64,000 nt of DNA from Capsulimonadaceae bacterium (GTDB lineage: Bacteria; Armatimonadota; Armatimonadia; Armatimonadales; Capsulimonadaceae): assembly GCA_965215505.1 (NCBI GenBank), contig OZ244065.1, positions 2,912,001-2,976,000 on the forward strand, in the 5' to 3' direction. Shown here in pieces: positions 54,797 to 64,000 of this stretch (the stretch's first letter is position 1; each line of letters starts with the position of its first letter). The notes beneath the pieces were generated by a model that worked only from the letters and a program-made list of their open reading frames with translations, was not told where the DNA came from and made no database searches. The position numbers were made by a program, and so were the translations under genes.

Positions 54797-56272
54797 ATGA
54801 CAACCGAACAGACCACTCAGTCGGGCCAGGCCGCCGGGAACGCACTGCCGCGCAGCGCACCCGAAGCGCAGGGGCTTCCCGCTTCCGCCGTGCTGGCCCT
54901 CGTGGACGAGGCGGAGCGCAAGGCTTTGGGGGTCCACGGCCTGATGGTCCTCCGTCACGGCCACGTCGTCGCCGAGGGGTGGTGGGACCCTTACGGGGCG
55001 CAGCGCCCGCACATGCTGTATTCGCTCTCGAAGAGCTTCTGCTCGACGGCGGCGGGCCTGGCCGTGGCGGAGGGAAACTTATCGCTCGACGACACCGTCC
55101 TGTCCTTCTTCCCCGACGAAGCGCCCGCAGCGCCCGACGCGAACCTCTCCGCCATGCGCCTGCGCCACCTGCTGTCCATGTCCACGGGGCATGAGCAGGA
55201 CACGACGGGGCGGTTGCGGGACGCCGAGGGCGGGGACTGGGTGCGCGGCTTCCTGGCCCTGCCGGTGGAGCGGACTCCCGGCACACACTTTGTCTACAAC
55301 AGCGGCGCGACCTACATGGTTTCGGCCATCGTCCAGAAGGTGACGGGGCAGACCGTCCTGGACTATTTGGGGCCGCGCCTCTTCGGGCCGTTGGGCATCC
55401 AGAACCCGACCTGGGAAACCAGCCCGCAGGGGATCAGCGTGGGAGGCTGGGGCCTGAGCATCACGACCGAGGACATCGCCCGGTTCGGCCTGCTCTATCT
55501 CCAGGAGGGGGTCTGGCACGGCGAGCGCCTGCTGCCCGCTGCCTGGGTGGCCGAGGCGACCTCGAAGCAGGTGGAGAACGGGGAGAACCCGGACAGCGAT
55601 TGGGGGGTCGGGTACGGCTTCCAGTTCTGGCGCTGCCGCCACAACGCCTACCGGGGTGATGGGGCCTTCGGCCAGTTGTGCGTGGTCCTGCCGGAGCAAG
55701 ACGCCGTCGTGGCGATCACGGCGGGCACGAGCGACCTGGGCGGCGTCCTGAACCTGATCTGGGACCACCTGCTGCCCGCGATGGGTTCCGAAGTCCTGCC
55801 GGAAGACCCGGCGGCGGAGGAACGGCTCCGCGCGCGGCTGGCCGGCCTGTCCATGCCCGCGCCGGAGGGGGAGGCATCGTCGCCCGTCGCCGCCTCCGTC
55901 TCGGGCATGACGTATGCCTTTGACGCGGGCGATGCCAACGAACACAAGGTCGAGACGGCCCGGTGGGACTTCAGCCCGGACGGGGCGGCCGTAACTGTAA
56001 AAGATGCATTGGGGGAACACCGCATCGAGGCCGGGGCGGACGGATGGCGGCACGGGACGACGACACTGCGCGAGGGCCGCGCGCTGCCGGCGGCGGCGCG
56101 GGGCGCGTGGGTGGCCGAGGACACTTACACCCTCACGGCCTTCTTCACCGAGACGCCCTACGCCCTGACGCTCTCGGCGCACTTCTCGGAGGGCGGGGTG
56201 CGGCTCGACCTGCGCCAGAACGTCTCATTCGGCCCGACCGACCGGCCACTGCTGGAAGGGAGGGCGGCGTGA
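54797..56272 (+). CDS. Serine hydrolase, beta-lactamase class C-like
   Basis: SLSK (SxxK), LLSMSTG, YNS, YGFQFW. Confidence 0.9.
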   Translation: MTTEQTTQSGQAAGNALPRSAPEAQGLPASAVLALVDEAERKALGVHGLMVLRHGHVVAEGWWDPYGAQRPHMLYSLSKSFCSTAAGLAVAEGNLSLDDTVLSFFPDEAPAAPDANLSAMRLRHLLSMSTGHEQDTTGRLRDAEGGDWVRGFLALPVERTPGTHFVYNSGATYMVSAIVQKVTGQTVLDYLGPRLFGPLGIQNPTWETSPQGISVGGWGLSITTEDIARFGLLYLQEGVWHGERLLPAAWVAEATSKQVENGENPDSDWGVGYGFQFWRCRHNAYRGDGAFGQLCVVLPEQDAVVAITAGTSDLGGVLNLIWDHLLPAMGSEVLPEDPAAEERLRARLAGLSMPAPEGEASSPVAASVSGMTYAFDAGDANEHKVETARWDFSPDGAAVTVKDALGEHRIEAGADGWRHGTTTLREGRALPAAARGAWVAEDTYTLTAFFTETPYALTLSAHFSEGGVRLDLRQNVSFGPTDRPLLEGRAA

Positions 56273-56317
56273 GCGGTGCCGGACTTTCCAGAGTTCAACG
56301 GAGAAAACCACAGACAC

Positions 56318-57355
56318 ATGGATGACCTTGCCGCAAACCCCGAGGGCTATGACGACTTCCTGCACGATCTAAAGACCCGCGTCCGTGCCGCCCAGGTCAA
56401 GGCGGCTTTGTCCGTCAACCGGGAGTTGGTTCTGCTCTACTGGCAGATCGGGCGCGACATCCTCGCCCGCCAGCAGGCACAGGGCTGGGGGGCCAAGGTG
56501 ATCGAGCGCCTGTCCCGCGATCTGCGGCGCGAGTTCCCTGAGATGAAGGGGTTCTCCCGCACGAACCTGATGTACATGCGGGCCTTCGCCGAGGCTTACC
56601 CAGACGAGTCAATTGTCCAGCAGGCTGCTGGACAATTGCCCTGGTTCCATAACTGTGTCCTGCTGGACAAGGTCAAAGACGAAGCTGAAAGGCTTTGGTA
56701 CGCGCATCAGACGGTCGGGCACGGCTGGAGCCGCAACGTCCTGGTCCACCAGATCGAGAGCGGGCTGTTCCGTCGGCAGGGCAAGGCGCAGACGAACTTC
56801 GCCCAAACGCTGCCCGCGCCGCAGTCCGAACTGGCCCAGCAGATGCTCAAAGACCCCTACAATTTCGAGTTCCTCAGCCTCGGGGCGGACGCGCAGGAGC
56901 GGGACTTGGAGCAGGGACTTCTGGCGCATGTGCGGCAGTTCCTGCTCGAACTCGGCACGGGCTTCGCCTTCGTCGGCAGCCAGTATCATCTGGAAGTGGG
57001 CGGGGATGACTTCTATCTGGACCTGCTGTTTTACCATGTGCGCTTGCGCTGCTACATCGTGGTGGACCTGAAGATCGGCAAGTTCACGCCCGGCGACGCG
57101 GGCCAGCTCAACTTCTACCTGTCCGCCGTGGACGACCTGCTGCGTCACCCGGATGACCAGCCGACGCTGGGGCTGCTCCTGTGCAAGTCGAAGAATGAAA
57201 CAGTCGCCGAGTATGCTCTGCGCGACATCCGCAAGCCGCTGGGCATCGCCGAATACCACCTGCAAGACGCCGTCCCCGCCGAGTACCGGGGCAGCCTGCC
57301 GACGGTGGCGGAGTTAGAGGCGGAGCTGCACCGCGCCCTCCCCGGAGACGAATGA
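56318..57355 (+). CDS. yhcG: YhcG/DUF1016 PD-(D/E)xK nuclease domain protein
   Basis: VNRELVLLYWQIG, KDPYNFEFL, FLLELGTGFAFVGSQ, DLLFYH..VDLK; alternative start at 56276. Confidence 0.92.
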   Translation: MDDLAANPEGYDDFLHDLKTRVRAAQVKAALSVNRELVLLYWQIGRDILARQQAQGWGAKVIERLSRDLRREFPEMKGFSRTNLMYMRAFAEAYPDESIVQQAAGQLPWFHNCVLLDKVKDEAERLWYAHQTVGHGWSRNVLVHQIESGLFRRQGKAQTNFAQTLPAPQSELAQQMLKDPYNFEFLSLGADAQERDLEQGLLAHVRQFLLELGTGFAFVGSQYHLEVGGDDFYLDLLFYHVRLRCYIVVDLKIGKFTPGDAGQLNFYLSAVDDLLRHPDDQPTLGLLLCKSKNETVAEYALRDIRKPLGIAEYHLQDAVPAEYRGSLPTVAELEAELHRALPGDE

Positions 57356-57364
57356 GGCCACCCC

Positions 57365-57817
57365 ATGCCTGAACTCTACACCATCGGCTACCAGGGCGTC
57401 TCGCAGGCGGCCCTGCTCCGAACGCTGGCGTTCCACGCCGTCCAAACCCTGCTGGACATCCGCGAGCGGCCCCAGAGCCGCAAGCCCGGCCTATCCAAGA
57501 CCGCCTTGGGGCAGGCCGCCGCCGGCTTCGGCATCCGGTACGCGCACCTCGGCGCGCTGGGAACGCCCCGCGAGGTGCGTTACCGGCGCAAGATGGACCA
57601 CGATGCCGAGGCGTTCAAAGAGGGGTATCTAGAATATCTCGCGACGCAGGACGAGGAGATGGCTGCCTTGGTCACACGGGCGGAGCGGGAGAGCTGCTGT
57701 CTGCTGTGTTACGAGAAGGACGCGCAGGAATGCCACCGCCTGTTCGTCGCCGAACAGGCGGAGCGGATGAGCAGGGGGCATCTGATGCCCGTGCATCTGG
57801 CGGTGTCGGAGGATTAG
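57365..57817 (+). CDS. DUF488 family protein
   Basis: LYTIGYQG, LDIRERPQSRKPG, CLLCYEKD..CHR. Confidence 0.9.
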   Translation: MPELYTIGYQGVSQAALLRTLAFHAVQTLLDIRERPQSRKPGLSKTALGQAAAGFGIRYAHLGALGTPREVRYRRKMDHDAEAFKEGYLEYLATQDEEMAALVTRAERESCCLLCYEKDAQECHRLFVAEQAERMSRGHLMPVHLAVSED

Positions 57818-57841
57818 GGGAAGGGCCTGCGTGTCACTCAG

Positions 57842-58036
57842 TCAGCGCGTGCGCTTCGGGACGCGCAACGTCAGCCGGGGCCGGAGGCGGCGGAACGTCC
57901 GGTCCTTTAGCGACCGGACCCGCTGCCAGTGGGAACGGCGGGTGTGGGCAGCAGCGGTCGTCGCTGCCGTCTCCGTCAGTCTGAGGTAGAAGAGGGCGGC
58001 CAGAGCGAGATAAATGCCGAATAGTCCTAACATCAT
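57842..58036 (-). CDS. Small membrane peptide with a basic tail
   Basis: Hydrophobic MMLGLFGIYLALAALFYL followed by an Arg-rich tail; start uncertain. Confidence 0.35.
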   Translation of the reverse strand: MMLGLFGIYLALAALFYLRLTETAATTAAAHTRRSHWQRVRSLKDRTFRRLRPRLTLRVPKRTR

Positions 58037-58170
58037 CACTGCCACACGCTTTCCGATGCCCGCAAACCTCGGCATCCATTAACTGGTTTATCTCACGGAA
58101 CAGCCGTGCCTAAACATCAGCCGCGTGTGGCGCACGCTTATCACCGCCGGAACATCAACAGGAGGACGCT

Positions 58171-58557
58171 ATGAACGCCGTGTTCGAGACAGCCGCACCT
58201 TACCAGGGCGACGTGATGGAACTGCCCGTTGGAAACCTGGAAGAAGCCATCCCCTTTTACGAGTCGGTGATGGGGTTCCGGGTCGTGTCCCGCCGGGAAG
58301 CGCCGCACCGGTCCGCCGTCCTGGGCCGGGACGGCATCGAGATCGGCCTAGCCGAGAACGGCGGCGACCCCGCCCAGAACGGCTGCTTCTTCGCCGTGGA
58401 CGACGTCGAAGCCGCCTTCGCCGAACTCAGAGCGAACGGCCTGGGCCGGCAGGAAGCCGGTTTCCGGCTGGACCGCTATGGGGACGCCGCCTACCGCGTC
58501 TTCTTCGTCATCGCCCCGGACGGGCTGTGTTATTCCCTCGGCCAGCGTCAGGACTGA
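58171..58557 (+). CDS. VOC/glyoxalase family protein
   Basis: AGGAGG RBS; FYESVMGF, FAVDDVEA, APDG. Confidence 0.85.
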   Translation: MNAVFETAAPYQGDVMELPVGNLEEAIPFYESVMGFRVVSRREAPHRSAVLGRDGIEIGLAENGGDPAQNGCFFAVDDVEAAFAELRANGLGRQEAGFRLDRYGDAAYRVFFVIAPDGLCYSLGQRQD

Positions 58558-59831
58558 GGCGCGGGGTCGGTCGAGGCCACGGGACCGGGCACGGCCAGCA
58601 GGGCGGGCGTCCGGTCGGGCATGTGCCAGTCGCTGTCGAGGTACTCGGTCCAGACGCGGTCGTAGGTCTGGATCGTCTGCCGCGCGATGGTGTGCCAGTT
58701 GAAGGTCGTCTGCACCCGCTCGTAGGCGGCCTCGACCATGCGGGCGGCCGTCTCCGGCTCGTGCAGCAGCTTCAGCAGGCCGTCGGCCAGCGAGTTGGGG
58801 TTGCCGGCGTAGGTGGTAATGCCGGTGACGTTGTTCTCGACCACTTCCGGCAGGCCGCCGCCGTCGGAGACGACGACCGGGACGCGGGCGGCCATCGCCT
58901 CCAACGCGACGATGCCGAACGGCTCATAGAGAGAGGGGAAACAGGCAATATCTATGATGCTGTAGATCTTCAGCAGGTCGTCGTCGGGCACGAAGCCGGC
59001 GAAGTAGACGTGCCGCTCCATGCCGAGATACGCGGCGAGGTTGACCAGGTGTTCGCGCTGGCCCCCGCCGCAGATGAGCAGTTTGGCGTCGTGGTAGCCC
59101 CAGCGGACCTTGGGCAGCGACTCGATGAGGACCTGGACGCCCTTCTCGCGCACCATGCGGCCCACGAAGAAGATGATCTTTTCTTCCGGTGCGGCGTACC
59201 GGGCGCGGAAGGCGGCCTTCTCCTCCGCCGTGAAGTGCGGCAGCCGGAACTTGGCGGCGTCCACGCCGTTCGGGATGATGTCCATCTTGTCCCAGGGCGT
59301 GTGCAGGGCGTGGTGACACTCGCGCTCCATGAAATGCGTACAGACGATGACGCGCCAGGCCTCGTTCTGGAGCTGGCCTTCCACCGAGTTGATATACTCC
59401 TGGGTCGGCCCCTTGATGCCGCTGTTGCGCCCGTACTCGGTGGCGTGGATGGTGGCGACGAGCGGCAGGTGGTATTTGTGCTTGAGCGCGGCGGCGGCGA
59501 AGTGGGCGAGCCAGTCGTGGGGGTGGAGCAGGAGCGGCATGCCGTCCGCCCTGTCCAGCAGGGCGGCGACGAGGGTGTCGGCGCGGGCGAGCATGGCGTC
59601 GTTGAGGAGCTGGACCCAGTGGACGAAGTCGTTGCCCGGCCCCGAGGGGGTGACGCGGTAGATGTGGATGCCGTCCTCGACCTCCTCGGCGAGCGCGCCG
59701 GGGTGTTCGCAGGTGACGACGTGGACCTCGATGTCCAGCTTGACCAGCGCGTGGGCCAGGTCATAGACATGGCGCGAGATGCCGCCGACGATCTTGGGGG
59801 GGTACTCCCAGCTTAACATGATGACGCGCAT
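58548..59831 (-). CDS. Glycosyltransferase family 4
   Basis: LSWEYPP, HDWL, TIHATE, FVGRMVREKG, PSLYEPFGIVALEAM. Confidence 0.93.
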   Translation of the reverse strand: MRVIMLSWEYPPKIVGGISRHVYDLAHALVKLDIEVHVVTCEHPGALAEEVEDGIHIYRVTPSGPGNDFVHWVQLLNDAMLARADTLVAALLDRADGMPLLLHPHDWLAHFAAAALKHKYHLPLVATIHATEYGRNSGIKGPTQEYINSVEGQLQNEAWRVIVCTHFMERECHHALHTPWDKMDIIPNGVDAAKFRLPHFTAEEKAAFRARYAAPEEKIIFFVGRMVREKGVQVLIESLPKVRWGYHDAKLLICGGGQREHLVNLAAYLGMERHVYFAGFVPDDDLLKIYSIIDIACFPSLYEPFGIVALEAMAARVPVVVSDGGGLPEVVENNVTGITTYAGNPNSLADGLLKLLHEPETAARMVEAAYERVQTTFNWHTIARQTIQTYDRVWTEYLDSDWHMPDRTPALLAVPGPVASTDPAPQS

Positions 59832-59849
59832 GAGTTCAAGCGCCTCCCT

Positions 59850-60365
59850 TCATTCCAACAAACGGTAGAACAGTTGCGTAGTTTCCAGCACACCGTCGCT
59901 GCTCAACGCATATTGCGGAATGGCACCCGCGCGCTGGTAGCCGAGCTGAACATACAGACTCGCGGCGTCATTCCCGGACGTGTCCAGCACCAGGAGCGTC
60001 CGCCCCGCGTCGCGAGCGGCCACTTCCACGGCGGCCAGGAGTGCCTTGGCGATGCCCCGTCGGCGATGGGCGGTGTGAACAAACAACTTCTGCACTTCGG
60101 CGCGGTGACGACCGTTGGGCGGAGTGTCGAGTCCGAGCTGAACCGCCCCTAGAACTTCATCGCCCTCACGCATTGCCAGCAGGATGCGGGTCCCCTCGTG
60201 GACGCTCACAAGAACCTGCTCCCAGTACCGCTCGGCGTCTTCGGCGGGCAGCGGAGCCAGGAACCCGACCGAAGCCCCGCCGTGTACGGCGTCCTGTAAG
60301 AGACGGACGAGGAAATGAACGAGGTGCCGCGCGGTAGGGCCTTCAAGATGCTCGACGGGTGCCAT
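59850..60365 (-). CDS. GNAT N-acetyltransferase
   Basis: GASVGF, HRAEVQKLFV..RRRGIA, LVLDT. Confidence 0.9.
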   Translation of the reverse strand: MAPVEHLEGPTARHLVHFLVRLLQDAVHGGASVGFLAPLPAEDAERYWEQVLVSVHEGTRILLAMREGDEVLGAVQLGLDTPPNGRHRAEVQKLFVHTAHRRRGIAKALLAAVEVAARDAGRTLLVLDTSGNDAASLYVQLGYQRAGAIPQYALSSDGVLETTQLFYRLLE

Positions 60366-60375
60366 TCATGGGTCC

Positions 60376-61674
60376 CTACGGGGCAGCCTCCGCCCGGTGT
60401 CCGATGTCGGTGCGGTAGTGCATATGGTCGAAGCTGAGGTTCTTGACGGCGGCGTAGGCCCGCGCCCGCGCCTGCGTGAAGTCGTCGCCCAGGGCGGTCA
60501 CGCCCAGGACGCGCCCGCCGGCCGTGACGACCCGGCCCTCGGCATCGAACCGCGTCCCGGCGTGGAAGGCGACGACGTCTGACAGGTGCGCGACCTGTTC
60601 CAGGCCGTCAATCGGCAGGCCCGTGGCATACGCGCCTGGGTAGCCGCCCGAGGCGAGGACGACGCAGACGGCGCTCTGCGGCTTCCATACCACCTCGACT
60701 TCGTCCAGGTGTGCGTCGGTGACGCCCAGCAGGATGTCCACCAGGTCCGTTTCCAGCAGGGGCAGGACGACCTGAGTTTCGGGGTCGCCGAAGCGGCAGT
60801 TGAACTCCAGAGTCTTGAGCGAGCCGTCTTTGGTGATCATGATGCCCGCGTACAGCACGCCCTTGTAGGGGATGCCGGACTCGCGGATGGCTTCCACGGC
60901 GGGCCGCAGGATCTGGTCTACGGCCTGCTGGTACAGGGCGGGCGTGACGACCGGAACAGGCGAATAGCAGCCCATGCCCCCAGTGTTGGGGCCGAGGTCG
61001 CCGTCCAGAGCGCGCTTGTGGTCCTGGACCGGAACCATGGGGATGATGGTGGTGCCGTCGGTGAAGGCCATCAGCGAGGCCTCTTCGCCCTCCAAAAACT
61101 CCTCCACGACCACAGTATCACCGGACGCGCCGAAGACGCGCTCGCGCATGATCTGCGACAGCGCCTCCTGCGCCTCGGCCTCGGTGCGGCAGATGAAAAC
61201 GCCCTTGCCCGCCGCCTCGCCGTCGGCCTTGACGACCAGGGGCGCGTCGGCCTGCGCCTGGAAGTGGGTGCGGACGTAGTAGGAGGCGGCTTCGTGCGAG
61301 GTGAACGTGGCGAAGTAGGCGGTCGGGATGTTGTAGCGCAGCATCAGCCCTTTGGCGTAGGCCTTGGAGCCTTCGAGCAGGGCCGGCTCGCGGGCCGGGC
61401 CGAAGATGCGGAGGCCGCGCTGCTCGAACTGGTCCACGATGCCGGCGATGAGCGGCACTTCCGGCCCGACCACGGTCAGGTCAATGCCGTTCTCGACGGC
61501 GAACTGGAGCAGACCGTCGCCGTCGGTGATCGCCAGCGGCACGCACTCGGCCAGATTCGCGATCCCGGCGTTGCCCGGCGCGCAGAAGAGCCGGCTCACC
61601 TGCGGACTCTGCGCCAGCTTCCAGACCAGAGCGTGTTCGCGCCCCCCGCCGCCGATCACCAGAACTTTCAGCAT
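60376..61674 (-). CDS. purD: Phosphoribosylamine--glycine ligase
   Basis: GGGGREHAL, VVGPE, QDHKR..GPNTGGMG, EFNCRFGDPE, GGRVL. Confidence 0.97.
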   Translation of the reverse strand: MLKVLVIGGGGREHALVWKLAQSPQVSRLFCAPGNAGIANLAECVPLAITDGDGLLQFAVENGIDLTVVGPEVPLIAGIVDQFEQRGLRIFGPAREPALLEGSKAYAKGLMLRYNIPTAYFATFTSHEAASYYVRTHFQAQADAPLVVKADGEAAGKGVFICRTEAEAQEALSQIMRERVFGASGDTVVVEEFLEGEEASLMAFTDGTTIIPMVPVQDHKRALDGDLGPNTGGMGCYSPVPVVTPALYQQAVDQILRPAVEAIRESGIPYKGVLYAGIMITKDGSLKTLEFNCRFGDPETQVVLPLLETDLVDILLGVTDAHLDEVEVVWKPQSAVCVVLASGGYPGAYATGLPIDGLEQVAHLSDVVAFHAGTRFDAEGRVVTAGGRVLGVTALGDDFTQARARAYAAVKNLSFDHMHYRTDIGHRAEAAP

Positions 61675-61699
61675 CCGTTCTCTTCTCTCCTGAATCTCC

Positions 61700-63205
61700 C
61701 TAGAACCCGGTCGGCTCGTCCGTGCGCGTCAGATCGAGGTCCACGAATTTTGCGAACTGAGGTAAAAATCCGACCTTGACCATGCCGGTCGGCCCGTTGC
61801 GGTGCTTGCCGACGATGATCTCCGTCTCCTCCATCTCCGCCATCTCGGGCCGCTCCCCGCCCTCGACGTTGAAGGCTTCCTTCATCTTATAGTATGCCTC
61901 GCGGTACAGGAAACAGACCATGTCGGCCTCGGCCTCGATGGACCCCGATTCTCGAAGATCTGAGAGCATGGGCCGCTTGTTCTCGCGGCTCTCGACGGCG
62001 CGCGAGAGCTGGGACAGGGCGACGACAGGGACTTTCAGTTCACGGCCCAAGGACTTCAGGCCGCGCGCGATCTCGCCGATTTCCTGGACGCGGTTCTCCG
62101 TTTTACGGTGGGAACGCATGAGCTGGAGGTAGTCCACGATGATCAGCCCCAGGCCGTTATGCTCGGCCATCAGGCGGCGGCACTTGGCGCGCATGGTCAA
62201 GGCAGACGTGTCGGTGGCATCATCAATGAAGATGGGGGCCTCGTACATGTTCTGGACGACCTCGGCCAGTTTGGTCCATTCGTCCTCGTTCAGGTGGCCG
62301 GTCCTGAGTTTGTGCGAGTTTACCTGTGCCTGGGAGCAGAGCATCCGCAGGGCGAGCTGTTCCTTGGACATTTCCAGCGAGAAGATCGCGACCGGCTTGT
62401 GTTCCTTGATGGCGACGTGTTCGGCTATCGATAGACACAACGAAGTTTTTCCCATGCTCGGCCGGGCTGCCACAATGATCAGGTCCGTGTTTTGCAGGCC
62501 CGACGTGATCATGTCGAAGTCGTGGATGCCGGTAGACAGGCCGGAGATGCGGGACTTCATCTCGCTGAGTTCTTCGGCCTTGTCGTAGACCGAGAGCAGC
62601 AGGGTCCGCAGGGGGGAGAAGTAGGCGACGGCGCGCTGCTGGGAGACGCTGAAGATGGACCGCTCGGCCTCGTCCAGCACCTCGCTGACGTCTTCCACCT
62701 CGCCGCGCGCCGACCCGATGATCTCCAGGGAGGCGGAGATCAGGCGGCGCAGGGTGGCCTTTTCTTCGACGATCTTGGCGTAGTATTCGACGTTGGCCGC
62801 CGTCGGGACGGTGTCGAAGAGGGCGGCGAGGTAGGCCATGCCGCCGATGGCGTCCAGTTGGTCGCGGTTCTTGAGTTCGTTGGGGACCGTCACCAGGTCA
62901 ATCGGCTCGTCGCGCTCGGCGAGGAAGGTGATGACGTCGAAAAGGGTCTGGTGGTTTTCGCGGTAGAAGTCTTCCTTGTCCAGAATCTCGAAGACTTTTT
63001 CGACGGCCGTGCGCTCGATCAGCATCGCGCCCAATGTGGACTGTTCTGCTTCGATGGAGTGCGGCGGGACGTAGGCGCCCAGCGGCCCGCCGCCGCTGCC
63101 GCCGAAGGCGTTGCCTCCGTTGTAGCCGCCATTGCCGTTGCCGTTGCCGTTGCCGCCGTTATAGCCGCCGGGGCGGCCTGATTTGTAGTCGCTGCGTTCA
63201 GGCAT
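61700..63205 (-). CDS. dnaB: Replicative DNA helicase
   Basis: PPHSIEAEQ, ARPSMGKT, FSLEM, DYLQLM, SQLSR, DLRESGSIE, KHRNGP. Confidence 0.97.
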   Translation of the reverse strand: MPERSDYKSGRPGGYNGGNGNGNGNGGYNGGNAFGGSGGGPLGAYVPPHSIEAEQSTLGAMLIERTAVEKVFEILDKEDFYRENHQTLFDVITFLAERDEPIDLVTVPNELKNRDQLDAIGGMAYLAALFDTVPTAANVEYYAKIVEEKATLRRLISASLEIIGSARGEVEDVSEVLDEAERSIFSVSQQRAVAYFSPLRTLLLSVYDKAEELSEMKSRISGLSTGIHDFDMITSGLQNTDLIIVAARPSMGKTSLCLSIAEHVAIKEHKPVAIFSLEMSKEQLALRMLCSQAQVNSHKLRTGHLNEDEWTKLAEVVQNMYEAPIFIDDATDTSALTMRAKCRRLMAEHNGLGLIIVDYLQLMRSHRKTENRVQEIGEIARGLKSLGRELKVPVVALSQLSRAVESRENKRPMLSDLRESGSIEAEADMVCFLYREAYYKMKEAFNVEGGERPEMAEMEETEIIVGKHRNGPTGMVKVGFLPQFAKFVDLDLTRTDEPTGF

Positions 63206-63261
63206 GGGGAAAGTCCGGGGCGCGTCTCAGTGAAAGAGCGCGCGCCCCGTGTCGGGAGGGC

Positions 63262-63708
63262 CTATTCGGCGATGACGGCGACTTTGAGGGGGACGGTGAC
63301 GTCGCGGTGCAGCTTGATGGGCACGTCGTACTCGCCAACGGCCTTGATGGGGTCCAGAAGGCCGACCTTGCGCTTGTCCAGCTTGACGTTCAGGTCGCGC
63401 TCGACGGCCTCGGCGATGTCTCCGGCCGTGATGCGGCCGTAGAGGCGGCTGTTCTGGCCGGCCTTGACGGTGAGGGTGATGGTCTTCTCGTTAAGCATCT
63501 CCGCCGTGCGGTCGGCGTCGGAGCGCATCCGCTCGGTGCGGCGCTCTTCCAGGGCGTGTTTGGTCTGGAGGTTCTTGAGCGCCCCCCCGGCGGCCTCGAT
63601 GGCGAGCTTGCGGGGGTAAAGGTAATTACGGGCATAGCCGTCGGCGACGGTGACGACTTCCCCCTGCTTGCCCTGGTTGGCGATGTCTTGCAGCAGTATG
63701 ACTTTCAT
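63262..63708 (-). CDS. rplI: 50S ribosomal protein L9
   Basis: MKVILLQDI..GEVVTVADGYARNYL; GGAAG RBS. Confidence 0.96.
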   Translation of the reverse strand: MKVILLQDIANQGKQGEVVTVADGYARNYLYPRKLAIEAAGGALKNLQTKHALEERRTERMRSDADRTAEMLNEKTITLTVKAGQNSRLYGRITAGDIAEAVERDLNVKLDKRKVGLLDPIKAVGEYDVPIKLHRDVTVPLKVAVIAE

Positions 63709-63746
63709 GGTGCGTTCTTCCTTTGCGTGTGTAGTAATGATAGTCC

Positions 63747-63899
63747 GCCACGGGTTGAAACCCGAGGCTCCGAAGTGTCCACCGTCGAAGCGACGTGAGA
63801 CATGAACAGGAGGGCGGGGGGACCCCGCCCCTGCAAAACCTGGCCTCTTGCGTCCCGTGGACGCTGGGCTTTTCTCAGCCCCGGGTTTCAACCCGTGGC
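63747..63899. repeat. Composite REPIN-like element
   Basis: GCCACGGGTTGAAACCCGAGGCT / AGCCCCGGGTTTCAACCCGTGGC arms enclosing AGGGCGGGGGGACCCCGCCCCTGC. Confidence 0.7.
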
Positions 63900-63900
63900 C

Positions 63901-64000
63901 TCATTTCGACTGCCGGTATTCCAGCCCGAACAGGGTGCCGGCGTGGCGGTTCAGGCTTTCGCCGCCGACGACCAGGCCGAGTTCGGGGGCCAGCATCAGG
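63901..64000 (-). CDS. 3' end of a gene starting outside the window
   Basis: Open frame LMLAPELGLVVGGESLNRHAGTLFGLEYRQSK-stop. Confidence 0.55.
   Translation of the reverse strand, partial: LMLAPELGLVVGGESLNRHAGTLFGLEYRQSK

Noticed and set aside
63709-63891. N-terminal extension of L9 in the 209-aa ORF
   Set aside because: It runs through a REPIN; the canonical MKVIL start with RBS is at 63708

Overview
High-GC bacterial chromosomal window. The DUF1559/H-X9-DG prepilin-like gene and the variant PEP-CTERM tail suggest Armatimonadota (inference only). Core genes are gyrA, gndA, purD, dnaB, rplI and tRNA-Lys(TTT). The window also holds a complete Tad/Flp pilus cluster with a sigma-54 promoter, a PaoABC-type Mo-aldehyde oxidoreductase cluster (two large subunits, one frameshifted, plus xdhC and mocA), an ECF sigma/anti-sigma/outer-membrane protein trio, transporters, an intact IS256 with an 8-bp TSD, and many REP/REPIN-like hairpins. 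Most notable: (1) Two tandem ~70-nt structured repeats lie directly behind tRNA-Lys. They resemble IS200/IS605 right-end/TnpB omegaRNA scaffolds, show compensatory changes, are each followed by a unique segment, and sit upstream of a split tnpB whose middle is replaced by an LRR gene. (2) A low-GC island encodes small secreted Cys-rich peptides plus HEAT, DUF1573 and prepilin-like proteins, with a perfect 22-bp x5 array just upstream of its promoter. (3) An orphan ~75-nt promoter-to-terminator RNA has switchable pairing. (4) AT-recoded codon patches coincide with classic intein sites of gyrA and dnaB. (5) PaoA carries a Cys-less redoxin domain in front of an internal Tat motif. All calls were made by eye; no searches were run.
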